Shown here one piece after another: positions 8,053 through 16,952 of a DNA stretch of 43,393 bases. Origin of the DNA: an uncultured Eubacteriales bacterium (GTDB lineage Bacteria; Acidobacteriota; Aminicenantia; Aminicenantales; Aminicenantaceae); contig CAZSGR010000002.1 in NCBI GenBank assembly GCA_964606185.1, positions 1 through 43,393 on the forward strand. Reading direction: 5' to 3'. Position 1 is the stretch's first letter. Every line of letters begins with the position of its first letter. The notes under the pieces are model-generated. The model saw only the letters and a program-made list of their open reading frames with translations, was not told where the DNA came from and ran no database searches. A program made the position numbers and the translations under genes.

Positions 8053-9930
8053 ATGGTGTTTGTGAGAAAAACGATTCAAAAACAATGGAAGGTTGGATTT
8101 CTTCTTTTTGTCTTTATTCTCGCGTCAAGCTTCTTGACCACAGGACGGACTGAAAAGCCTGTGCTTCACGGCAGACACTGGGTGGCCATCACTGGAAAGC
8201 CTTTGGCCGCAACTGCGGGAGCGATGATCTTTCAGAAGGGCGGGAATGCAGTGGATGCTGCGTGTGCTATGCTCGGAGCCACCTGCACCATGTGGGATGT
8301 TTTGAGCTGGGGAGGTGAAACCCAGGCCCTGATCTACAATCCCCATACAAAAGAAGTCATCGGTATTAACGCTCTGGGCGTGGCTCCGACTGGAGCCACT
8401 CCTGAATTCTTCAAAGAAAATGAACTGGAATATCCACCAGCCTACGGCCCACTGGCTGCAGTGACGCCAGGTACTCCGGGTGGATTGATGACCATGCTGG
8501 CCGAGTATGGGACGATGAGTCTTAAAGAAGTCCTCGAGCCTTCCATGCAGATGGCAGAGGGATATCCGGCTGAAGCTGCGTTTGCCGCAGGAGTAGAAAG
8601 GAATAAAAAAAGGATCAAACAGTGGCCGTATTCCAAGAAAACCCTGCTTCCTCATCTTGGAGAAGAGCATGAAGCTCCACACGCGGGGGAGATATTCAGT
8701 CAACTGGACCTGCTGGAAACTCTGAAGAAGCTGGTCGCTGCCGAAGAAAAAGCACTGGCTGAAGGAAAAAGCCGTAAGGAGGCGATTTATGTCGCCTATG
8801 ACCGGTTTTATCGCGGGGATATTGCTGAGGAATATGCCCGGTCCTGCCAGGAACAAGGCGGGCTCATCACTACTGAGGACCTGGATAAATGGCAGGTCTA
8901 CATCGAAGAGCCGGTCATGACGACCTATAAAGGAATTGAAGTCTACAAGCTGACTTCCTGGGTTCAGGGGCCTGTCCTCCTCCAGATGCTGAACATGCTG
9001 GAAAATGTTGACCTGAAAAAAATGGAGTACAACAGCGTCAACTATATCCATACACTGTACCAGGTGATGAATTTAGCTTTTGCAGACCGGGATTTTTACT
9101 ACGGCGATCCCTATTTTCCTCCGGAGGAGCCGATAAAAGGGCTGCTCTCCAAAGAGTACGCAAAGGAACGGATCAAGCAGATCGACTGGAATCTGAATGA
9201 TCCGGATGTCAAGCCTGGTGATCCGTATCCCTTTGAAGGAAAGAAGAATCCTTATCTCCACCTCTTGAAAGAATGGTCGAACGTGGGGAAGAAGGCTCCG
9301 GATAAGATGAGCGAAGCTGAATTGGCGGCATTCGAACAAAGTTTTACGTCAGGAACAACCTCCATCCAGGCAGCTGATAAGGAAGGCTGGGTTGTTTCCG
9401 TGACTCCGAGCGGCGGCTGGATCCCGGCCTGCATCGCCGGAAAAACAGGCGTCGGGATGAGCCAGCGCATGCAGAGTTTTGTCCTGGACGAGGCCAAAAA
9501 TCCGTTCAACGTGGTCGTCCCTGGAAAAAGACCGCGAGCCACTCTCACTCCAAGCCTTGCCCTAAAGGATGGGAAACCCTTTCTTTCCTTTTCTATCCAG
9601 GGAGGAGATACACAAGACCAGAACTGTCTCCAGTTTTTCCTCTGCATGGTCGAGTTCGGCATGAATGTCCAGGAAGCCTGTGAAGCGGCTAACATCGTGA
9701 GCTATCAGATGCAGAGCTCGTTCGGAGAACACGCGGCGACCCCGGGAAGGCTCACTCTCAATGAGAGAGTTTCCGAGAAAGTAAGAGAACTTGTGGCAAA
9801 CATGGGCTATGATATTCGAGTCAGAAAGTACACTTCGGGCCCTATGAATGCGATTTTCTTTGACTGGAAGCACGGCACCTTCTGGGGAGGTTCAAGCAAC
9901 TACGGAGAAGACTACGGCATCGCCTGGTAG
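8053..9930 (+). CDS. ggt: gamma-glutamyltransferase
   Basis: 625 aa. N-terminal signal/anchor. SGTTS autoprocessing/nucleophile Thr motif followed by AAD. GGAGAA RBS. Confidence 0.9.
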   Translation: MVFVRKTIQKQWKVGFLLFVFILASSFLTTGRTEKPVLHGRHWVAITGKPLAATAGAMIFQKGGNAVDAACAMLGATCTMWDVLSWGGETQALIYNPHTKEVIGINALGVAPTGATPEFFKENELEYPPAYGPLAAVTPGTPGGLMTMLAEYGTMSLKEVLEPSMQMAEGYPAEAAFAAGVERNKKRIKQWPYSKKTLLPHLGEEHEAPHAGEIFSQLDLLETLKKLVAAEEKALAEGKSRKEAIYVAYDRFYRGDIAEEYARSCQEQGGLITTEDLDKWQVYIEEPVMTTYKGIEVYKLTSWVQGPVLLQMLNMLENVDLKKMEYNSVNYIHTLYQVMNLAFADRDFYYGDPYFPPEEPIKGLLSKEYAKERIKQIDWNLNDPDVKPGDPYPFEGKKNPYLHLLKEWSNVGKKAPDKMSEAELAAFEQSFTSGTTSIQAADKEGWVVSVTPSGGWIPACIAGKTGVGMSQRMQSFVLDEAKNPFNVVVPGKRPRATLTPSLALKDGKPFLSFSIQGGDTQDQNCLQFFLCMVEFGMNVQEACEAANIVSYQMQSSFGEHAATPGRLTLNERVSEKVRELVANMGYDIRVRKYTSGPMNAIFFDWKHGTFWGGSSNYGEDYGIAW

Positions 9931-9960
9931 GTTATAAGAACTGCTGATTTAGGTCCTAAA

Positions 9961-10113
9961 CTGAAAATCAGAGTTATTAAGGCAGCAGCGGAAATTGTTC
10001 ATTTCAACCTTCAGCATAAAATTCGCACCGTTGTCGATGTGAATAATCACTTCGAGGGAAGCGCTCCACTCACTATCGAGCATTTTACAGAAGTTCTTCA
10101 ACAGACAGAATAA
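9961..10113 (+). pseudogene. possible relic of the C-terminus of a DUF72 (UPF0759) gene
   Basis: 50-codon open frame with no ATG/GTG/TTG start. LKIRVIKAAAEIVHFNLQHKIRTVVDVNNHFEGSAPLTIEHFTEVLQQTE*. NNHFEGSAP plus the terminal helix resemble the DUF72 C-terminal FNNxxxGxAP motif. Confidence 0.3.
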
Positions 10114-10226
10114 GCTTTTCAAACAAAGCCGGGATTTACAAGTCATTCAAACTTAAGAAGCGGTGATAGACAAGGGAACTTCTATGTGTTGAATTCCGTA
10201 CTATAAGATTGAGGAGGTCATCACCA

Positions 10227-10934
10227 ATGAAGTTTACGCATATTAGAACAATCATGCTTCTCATTCTTCTTGCCGCAGGATTCATTGGATGTGAGGTGGC
10301 AGGTGAGCTAGTAGATGATACCCACACTATCGAATTAGGAAAGGCTGAGTTTGCAGATGTGAAACTGGATATGGGTGTTGGGGAGTTGAGCCTTCAGGGA
10401 GGAGCCAGGGAACTCATGGAGGCTAACTTCAGGTATAACATCGACCACTGGAAGCCCGAAGTGAAATACAGGGTGACCGGTAACCGAGGAGTTCTGACTG
10501 TCAAGCAGGGGAAATCCAGACAAATGACTGTTGGCAGAAAGCGGAACGAGTGGGATATCAGTTTGAACGATGACGTCCCTATCCATCTGACAGTTGACTG
10601 CGGAGTCGGCCAGAGCAAGCTTGACTTAGCGGGATTGATTCTGAAATCCCTGGATATAGACATGGGTGTTGGAGAACTGACAGTTGACCTTTCCGGAGAT
10701 TTGAAACAGAGTCTGGATATAGTCATTGACTGCGGCATCGGGAGTGCCACTATCTATTTGCCTGAGGAAATTGGCATTCGGGCCAAAATCGACCACGGAA
10801 TCGGTTCGGTTGACGCCAGGGGCTTTAAAAAGAGAGGAGAGGTCTACACCAACGATGCCTACGGTCAAACAGAAATTTCGATCGATATTGAAGTGGACTC
10901 GGGTATCGGCAGCTTAGATTTGAGGTTAAGATAG
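10227..10934 (+). CDS. toast-rack (DUF2154/DUF4097-like) beta-repeat lipoprotein
   Basis: ATG 10227 lies 9 nt after GAGGAGG; the track start at 10209 is TTG. Lipobox GFIGC. Six repeats of D-x-G-[VI]-G-x-x-x-[LV] (DMGVGELSL, DCGVGQSKL, DMGVGELTV, DCGIGSATI, DHGIGSVDA, DSGIGSLDL). Confidence 0.7.
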   Translation: MKFTHIRTIMLLILLAAGFIGCEVAGELVDDTHTIELGKAEFADVKLDMGVGELSLQGGARELMEANFRYNIDHWKPEVKYRVTGNRGVLTVKQGKSRQMTVGRKRNEWDISLNDDVPIHLTVDCGVGQSKLDLAGLILKSLDIDMGVGELTVDLSGDLKQSLDIVIDCGIGSATIYLPEEIGIRAKIDHGIGSVDARGFKKRGEVYTNDAYGQTEISIDIEVDSGIGSLDLRLR

Positions 10935-10943
10935 AAAGCGGCC

Positions 10944-12665
10944 TTATTTCTTGTACATTACCTTCCCGCCAACAATGGTGTAGACCACTTCAGCGCTCAG
11001 AATTTCATCATCAGGAATGGTCATGATATCTTTGGAAAGGACTGTTATATCCGCCAGCTTTCCGCATGTTAAAGAACCCAGGATATCTTCCTGGAAAGCC
11101 GCATAGGCACAATTGAGCGTATACGAACGCAGCGCTTCTTCTCTTGTCATCCGTTGCTCTGGATAGAAAGCGGTTCCATCTTTTGTTTTCCGCGTCGCCG
11201 TCGCGTAGAAGCAAGCGATTGGATTGATATCCTCCACTGGGACATCGGTTCCGTTGCAGATGACCGCTCCTGTTTTCATCAGCTCCTGCCACATATAAGC
11301 GCCTTCTCTGGCTCGTTTTTCACCCAACCGTTTTATCACATATGGTCCGTCAGAAGTGCAGTGGATTCCCTGCATCGATGCAATCACTCCCAACTGGCCG
11401 AACCTCGGAATATCGTCCGGGTGAAGGTGTTGTGAGTGTTCGATACGCCAGCGAAGGTCTTTTTTATTGGGATGGGCTTTGAAGGCTTCCTCGAAGATAT
11501 TCAGAGTTTCCCTGTTAGTTCGGTCTCCAATGGCATGCACGCAGAATTGGAAATCATTCTCAATGGCCAGCCTGGCGGTCTCTTTCATGATATCAATCGG
11601 AGTGGTGTTCAGTCCCACGCTGGAAGGAAGGTCTTCATACGGTTCAAGCAGCCAGGCTCCGTGAGGACCCAGGGCCCCGTCGAAAGAACGTTTGATGGCC
11701 CGGACTGTGAGGTGGTTATCCGCCATCCCGATAATCTTGTAATCCGGAAGCTTTTCCTGTAAAAATTCATTGCTATCCCTGATCATGATCCAGAGCCGCA
11801 TCCTGAGCTTGCCTTCTTCTACCAATTTTTTTAAGAAATCAATTGTTTCAAATGAAGAGCCGGCATCATGAAAACTGGTTACACCTTTTGTAAGACATTC
11901 CTGCATTGCCAATTCAACTATCCGAATCTGCTCAGCTACGATTTCTTCATGACTCCGTTTATCCAGATAATCGCTCGATTCCCGATCTAGTAGCCGTTGG
12001 GCCCTCTCCCGGAACACGCCGATGGGGTTTCCGTTTGAGTCTCTGACGATCTCCCCGCCAGGAGGATCAGGAGTCTCTTTTGTGATTCCGGCCAGCTCCA
12101 TCGCTTTGGCGTTGGCATAAGAGGCATGTCCACTGGCATGAGAGAGTAAGACGGGATTATCAGGGGATACCTTGCTCAGAGTGTGATGAATCGGGAGGCC
12201 ATCCACGTTGGGCTGAGGTGTTTTATCCCACTTCTCCTGATGCCAGCCTCTTCCCAAAATCCATTCTCCGGGCTTCGCTTTTTGAACCGAGGCTTTCACC
12301 AGTGCCACCACCTCATCCCAGTTTTTAACGTTCATCAGGTTCAAGCGTAAGAGGGCGCGTCCCAGGCTGGTAAAATGGCCATGTGCATCGGTGAATCCGG
12401 GAATAGCCAGTTTTCCCTCAAGGTCGATCACCTGAGTCTCTTCTGTTACGTAGCGCTCGATATTCTTATTGCTTCCAACAGCAATAATGACGCCATCCTT
12501 TGCCGCCAGAGCCTGGGCCTCGGGTATCTTTTCATCTACAGTCACAATTTTCCCGTTGATCAGAGCGAGGTCCGCGGGCTTTTTCTGCGCGCAGCTGACT
12601 GTAAAGCCAATGATCAGAACACACAAGATAAATGAAAGCAACTTTGAAAGTAGCTTTTGATGCAT
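10944..12665 (-). CDS. amidohydrolase family 3 (YtcJ-like metal-dependent hydrolase), lipoprotein
   Basis: Start placed at ATG 12665 (AAGGAGGG upstream), giving MHQKLLSKLLSFILCVLIIGFTVSC with a lipobox. FTDAHGHF metal motif. The track ORF extends to 12749 without an RBS. Confidence 0.85.
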   Translation of the reverse strand: MHQKLLSKLLSFILCVLIIGFTVSCAQKKPADLALINGKIVTVDEKIPEAQALAAKDGVIIAVGSNKNIERYVTEETQVIDLEGKLAIPGFTDAHGHFTSLGRALLRLNLMNVKNWDEVVALVKASVQKAKPGEWILGRGWHQEKWDKTPQPNVDGLPIHHTLSKVSPDNPVLLSHASGHASYANAKAMELAGITKETPDPPGGEIVRDSNGNPIGVFRERAQRLLDRESSDYLDKRSHEEIVAEQIRIVELAMQECLTKGVTSFHDAGSSFETIDFLKKLVEEGKLRMRLWIMIRDSNEFLQEKLPDYKIIGMADNHLTVRAIKRSFDGALGPHGAWLLEPYEDLPSSVGLNTTPIDIMKETARLAIENDFQFCVHAIGDRTNRETLNIFEEAFKAHPNKKDLRWRIEHSQHLHPDDIPRFGQLGVIASMQGIHCTSDGPYVIKRLGEKRAREGAYMWQELMKTGAVICNGTDVPVEDINPIACFYATATRKTKDGTAFYPEQRMTREEALRSYTLNCAYAAFQEDILGSLTCGKLADITVLSKDIMTIPDDEILSAEVVYTIVGGKVMYKK

Positions 12666-12900
12666 AAGAGTTACCCTCCTTTTTGATAAAGTGGATTGGT
12701 TATTGAGTTTTAATTGATTATTAAACAGAGTTTGGTTAGTGTTCATCAATTTGCTGGCGAAGGTATTTTATTTTTTTTAGGAAGGAACTTCAAGCATTTT
12801 ATCCTGTGGAGTAGAACCTGACATTAAGTAGTGCTGTATAACTTGAATTTTGAGGCAGAAGAGGGGAGAATAGAAATATAATTTAATTTTGGAGGGAGTC

Positions 12901-13689
12901 ATGAAAAATATTGTCGCTTTATTTATTCTTTCCGGATTTTTATTCGTTGGAAATGCCCTTTTTCTTGAGGGTAGCTCGGTAACCATCACTATCCTGTATG
13001 ACAACTATCCTTTCGGTGAGGGATTGAAAACGGATTGGGGATTTTCCTGCATCATCGAGGGAACAGAGAAGACCATTTTATTTGATACGGGAACGCGGAG
13101 TGATATTCTTTTTCACAATGTCAAATCGCTCAATGTGAATCTCGAGAACGTTGAGCTTGTTCCTCTCTCCCATAATCATGGAGATCACACTGGGGGACTG
13201 TTTGCGTTTCTTGAGGAAAACAATAAGGTGACAGTTTACGTTCCGGCCTCTTTTCCCGATAGCTTTAAACAAAGAGTGAAAGATTCAGGGGCAAAGATTG
13301 TATCAGTGGATGAGCCTGTCGGGATTTGTAAAAATGTTCATCTGACAGGAGAAATAACTGGTCCGGTCAATGAACAGGCTCTGATACTCGACACGAATAA
13401 AGGCCTGGTTGTCATAACCGGATGTGCGCACCCAGGAATCGCGGGCATGGTTAAAAGGGCGAAAGAAGTGGTCAAAAAGGATGTCTACCTTGTTTTTGGA
13501 GGGTTTCATCTCGGGGGGAAATCTGAAGCTGAGGTGAAAGAGATTATCAGACAGTTCAAGGAGATGGGAGTCCAGAAAGTTGGCGCGACTCACTGCACTG
13601 GGGACTTAGCGATTGGATTGTTCAAGCAGGCGTATGGTGAGAATTTTGTTCCGATGGGCGTGGGGAGAGTTATTCAAATAGAAGAGTAA
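12901..13689 (+). CDS. MBL-fold metallo-hydrolase (COG1237-like) with signal peptide
   Basis: ATG 12901 after GGAGGGA. ITILYDN...WGFSCIIE...ILFDTG...SHNHGDHTGGL motifs. N-terminal hydrophobic signal-like segment. Confidence 0.8.
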   Translation: MKNIVALFILSGFLFVGNALFLEGSSVTITILYDNYPFGEGLKTDWGFSCIIEGTEKTILFDTGTRSDILFHNVKSLNVNLENVELVPLSHNHGDHTGGLFAFLEENNKVTVYVPASFPDSFKQRVKDSGAKIVSVDEPVGICKNVHLTGEITGPVNEQALILDTNKGLVVITGCAHPGIAGMVKRAKEVVKKDVYLVFGGFHLGGKSEAEVKEIIRQFKEMGVQKVGATHCTGDLAIGLFKQAYGENFVPMGVGRVIQIEE

Positions 13690-13717
13690 GTGCGGAAAAC
13701 CCGAGGAGGAGTCTGAA

Positions 13718-14947
13718 ATGAGTAGGAAGAGAAATTTATGCTCTTCGATTATTCTAATCATCTTGCTGCATGCTCATGTTTCTTTTTCTCAGGATGCTTT
13801 TTACCTGAGGACGATAACGGCAGGCGTTAACATCACGCCGGAAAATTGTCTTGAAGTCCTGGAAAAAACCAGAGATTTTCTGGAAAGGGGAAAGGGTATC
13901 CTCGAAAAGGAGGGATTCACACTTGAAGGCGTGAGAGTCGCCACGAATCCTTTTCCTTTTTACACCAAGGACCTTTCAGTCGAAGAAACACTTGAGCTCA
14001 TAAAACAGATAAGTAGCTTTTGCCAAAAAAACAGCATAGGGCTCTCTATTGGTCCAGGAATGATTGATGATACCTATGACCGGGAGATCATCGATAAGAT
14101 TTGTGCGATATTGCCCAACTCATCCGCCAATTTGAGCATTGTTATCGCCAGCCAAAAACACGGAATTCACTATAGAGCGGTGAGAGCTGCGGCAGAGACC
14201 ATCAAAAGGTTATCCGAGATAGAAACAATGGCTAATTTCAGCTTTGCGGCCACAGCCAATATCCCTTCTGAAACGCCATTTTTTCCGGGTGCTTTTCATA
14301 ATAAAAAAACCAACAGCTTCTCCATCGGGACCGAGTCGGCCAAGCTGGTCATGAAAGTCTTTGCCGAGGCTGCAGATTTCTCTGAGGCTAAGAGCAAGCT
14401 ATTCGACAGCTTCGGGAGGGAATATAAATTGATCGAGAAGGCGGGATTGAGAATTCAGCAGGAGACGGGTTGGCAGTATGAAGGAGTGGATACTTCTCCA
14501 GCTCCGATGAGAGATATAAGCATCGGGCAAGCCATCGAGAGCCTGATTAAAGCGCCTTTCGGATCACCGGGCACGATCACTGCCTGTTCGATCATAACAG
14601 ACGTGATTAAGGGAATCGATGTGAAAAGAGCGGGGTATTCCGGGTTGATGCTCCCTGTCATGGAAGACACCGTCCTGGCTCAGAGAGCCGCAGAAGGAAG
14701 GTATGGACTCGATGAGCTATTGAGCTATTCGGCTGTGTGTGGGACAGGGCTGGATGTCATTCCCCTTCCTGGAGATATCACCGAGGAGAAGCTTGAAAAA
14801 ATCCTTCTCGATGTGGCCAGCATCTCTTTGAAACTCGATAAACCTCTCTCAGCTCGTTTGATTCCGATAAAAGGAAAGAGTGCGGGAGAGACGGTCACCC
14901 TCGAATCCAGGTTCCTGGTTCCCACGAAGATATTCAAAGTGAAGTAA
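13718..14947 (+). CDS. DUF711 (UPF0210) family protein with an N-terminal signal-peptide-like extension
   Basis: GAGGAGGAG RBS 7 nt upstream. LRTITAGVNI and SAVCGTGLDVIPLPGD match DUF711 hallmarks. N-terminus is MSRKRNLCSSIILIILLHAHVSFSQDA. Confidence 0.8.
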   Translation: MSRKRNLCSSIILIILLHAHVSFSQDAFYLRTITAGVNITPENCLEVLEKTRDFLERGKGILEKEGFTLEGVRVATNPFPFYTKDLSVEETLELIKQISSFCQKNSIGLSIGPGMIDDTYDREIIDKICAILPNSSANLSIVIASQKHGIHYRAVRAAAETIKRLSEIETMANFSFAATANIPSETPFFPGAFHNKKTNSFSIGTESAKLVMKVFAEAADFSEAKSKLFDSFGREYKLIEKAGLRIQQETGWQYEGVDTSPAPMRDISIGQAIESLIKAPFGSPGTITACSIITDVIKGIDVKRAGYSGLMLPVMEDTVLAQRAAEGRYGLDELLSYSAVCGTGLDVIPLPGDITEEKLEKILLDVASISLKLDKPLSARLIPIKGKSAGETVTLESRFLVPTKIFKVK

Positions 14948-15222
14948 GGCCAGATGGGGTCAGGGCTCAACATGTGACATACAAAAAGACACGTTTGAAT
15001 ATATCTGCGGGCTCAGAATGTCTAATGTCGACCCCTGACCTCTCTTATGCCTCTTATGAAAGCAGTGTCGTAATGAATATCTGATGACTTTCTTTTATTT
15101 ATTCTTGAAATTGATAGGAGATGTGTGGACCAATCCGATGAGCTTCCTCAAGCGACTTCCATTCATGACGGTACCTGTTGATTTTTAGAACAAATAATCG
15201 CTGCCGAAATTTCTAAGAACTT

Positions 15223-15251
15223 TTGACATCGGCTTTTTACTGTGTAATAAT
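15223..15251 (+). promoter_or_regulatory. candidate sigma70 promoter with extended -10
   Basis: TTGACA 15223-15228, 17-nt spacer, TGtAATAAT 15243-15251. 47 nt upstream of the diguanylate cyclase start. Confidence 0.4.
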
Positions 15252-15297
15252 TTTTCGCAATTGAGTGAAGATCTTCGTTTCTAATGGATGAAAGCCA

Positions 15298-16584
15298 GTG
15301 AAAAAAAGAAAAACTGAAAAATTGAAATTCAAAGATGGGAGAGATCTGCTCGTTAAAATAAGCAGTGCTATGGCTCGTGCGATCTTTTCGTTTTTGATTC
15401 CCGGCGGGCTCATCATCCTCATCGCCTTCCTTGTGACGAGAGGGCCGATAGTGGAAGCGGTGCCCGGTCTGGCGCGTATCTTTCCTTGGGTCATCTTGAT
15501 TGCTGGGACCCTGTTTGCGTGGCGGTTCAACAGAAGCCAGCTCATTTTCGTCGTCCTGGCTCTGGCTGTGGTCGACAGGTCATTGCTCCAGTTTGTTGCA
15601 CAAGAAACAGACCCAACTAGCATAGGGGAGACTATTTATAATGCAATTGCCTTTCTCCTTCCCATAAATCTCATCCTGTTTTCCATGATGAAAGAACGAG
15701 GTATTTTAAGCCTTGATGTTCTGATGCGGTTGAGCCTGATTCCCATGCAGGTATTCGGGGTGGCTCTGATCAGCCAATACCCGAAATTAGGCTTTGCCGT
15801 TTACCTTAAGCACACCTTTTTTAGCTGGCCTATACTCGATAAAATCCCGATGCCTCAGCCAGCGCTTATCGCATTCGTTTTTGCCGCTTTTCTCATTCTG
15901 AATCGATACATGCGTGATCGTGGAGTCATCGAATGTGGCTTTTTCTGGGTGTTAATTTCCAGTTTTCTCGCTTTGATCTCTGGCGATATCGGCCAGGTTT
16001 CCACGATTTATTTATCAACAGGGAGTCTTCTCTTGATTATCGCTGTGATCGAAATCTCATTTGGAAGGGCATACCGTGATGAGTTGACTGGGCTCCCGGC
16101 TCGTAGAGCACTGAACGAAGCCCTCTATCAGATGGGAGGCAAATTTACTGGGGCAATGATCGATATCGATCGTTTTAAAAAATTCAACGACCGCTACGGT
16201 CATCATGTTGGAGACCAAGTTTTGCGTATGATTGCCTCCAAACTTGATAATGCTGGCGGTGGAGGAAGGGCCTTTCGCTATGGAGGAGAAGAGTTCGCGA
16301 TGATTTTTCCGGGAAAGAATTTGGATGAGACCATTCCTCATTTGAATCAGCTCAGGAAGGAAGTCGCAGATTCAGGCTTTTTCCTACGTGGATCTGACCG
16401 CCGTTCCAAAGAGCAAAAAAGCGCGAAAGGAGACAAGAAATCCCGAGGGAGAACCAGAGTGACTATCAGTGTAGGTGTAGCGGAGCGCAATGAGCAGAAT
16501 TCCAATCCTCATCAGGTCATCAAGGCCGCGGATAAGGCTCTCTACCGCGCCAAGAATAAAGGTCGAAACCGAGTCAGCAGATAG
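15298..16584 (+). CDS. membrane-bound diguanylate cyclase (GGEEF)
   Basis: 428 aa. About 6-7 N-terminal TM helices. C-terminal GGDEF domain with DIDRFKKFNDRYGH and RYGGEEF. GTG start is uncertain. Confidence 0.85.
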   Translation: MKKRKTEKLKFKDGRDLLVKISSAMARAIFSFLIPGGLIILIAFLVTRGPIVEAVPGLARIFPWVILIAGTLFAWRFNRSQLIFVVLALAVVDRSLLQFVAQETDPTSIGETIYNAIAFLLPINLILFSMMKERGILSLDVLMRLSLIPMQVFGVALISQYPKLGFAVYLKHTFFSWPILDKIPMPQPALIAFVFAAFLILNRYMRDRGVIECGFFWVLISSFLALISGDIGQVSTIYLSTGSLLLIIAVIEISFGRAYRDELTGLPARRALNEALYQMGGKFTGAMIDIDRFKKFNDRYGHHVGDQVLRMIASKLDNAGGGGRAFRYGGEEFAMIFPGKNLDETIPHLNQLRKEVADSGFFLRGSDRRSKEQKSAKGDKKSRGRTRVTISVGVAERNEQNSNPHQVIKAADKALYRAKNKGRNRVSR

Positions 16585-16590
16585 AAAGAA

Positions 16591-16697
16591 AAAAAGAGGA
16601 CAGGCAACTTTTTTTAAAGAAAAGGGACATTCCTTATCTTCATCAACAAAGGGAGTAAAAGGGAGAGTCCCTTAAAAAAGGGGCCTGTCCCCTTTTT
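16591..16697. repeat. family B palindromic element: 15-nt inverted termini AAAAAGAGGACAGGC ... GCCTGTCCCCTTTTT flanking about 76 nt
   Basis: Left arm 16591-16605, right arm 16683-16697 (14/15 complementary). Left arm is the exact reverse complement of 20339-20353. Related copy at 36042-36091. Confidence 0.6.
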
Positions 16698-16703
16698 ATT
16701 TTT
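16675..16703 (+). terminator. intrinsic terminator-like hairpin
   Basis: AAAAAGGGG-cctgt-CCCCTTTTT 9-bp stem followed by ATTTTT. About 90 nt downstream of the diguanylate cyclase stop. Confidence 0.5.
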
Positions 16704-16719
16704 AAAAAAGAAAAAGTTA

Positions 16720-16748
16720 TTGACTTCGATTGACAGTCTAGATAAATT
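16720..16748 (+). promoter_or_regulatory. candidate promoter TTGACT-17-TAAATT
   Basis: Hexamers at 16720-16725 and 16743-16748. Would give a roughly 200-nt leader for the S9 peptidase gene. Confidence 0.3.
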
Positions 16749-16952
16749 AACTTTCTGAGTTGGATGCGACTCGGGTTGTCTCATGTTCTCTGCAAATTTC
16801 TTCTATTCAAGAAATCATTCATTTGAGACCAATACGCTATTTCTAATCTGACTCTGATTGGATAATGAAGTGGATAATTTTCACTCGCTGCAAGATTTTC
16901 TTTCATTTATCCAATTTCATTTTTTCGCCGAATTTTAACTAAGGAGGTTTAA

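Noticed and set aside
8125-9051. 308-aa antisense ORF inside ggt. Similar long antisense or alternate-frame ORFs include 18054-18752, 38562-39092, 37835-38350, 26127-26645 and 20477-20929.
   Set aside because: Each is fully embedded in a gene with strong family motifs on the other strand or frame. Their composition is Arg/Ser/Pro-rich, typical of antisense frames, and no family motifs are recognisable.
12666-12749. 28-codon upstream extension of the amidohydrolase ORF
   Set aside because: There is no RBS. The internal ATG at 12665 has AAGGAGGG upstream and yields a clean lipoprotein signal peptide.
14955-15050. Inverted repeat GGTCAGGG ... CCCTGACC downstream of DUF711
   Set aside because: The arms are only 8 bp and about 70 nt apart, with no T-run. 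This is compatible with chance.
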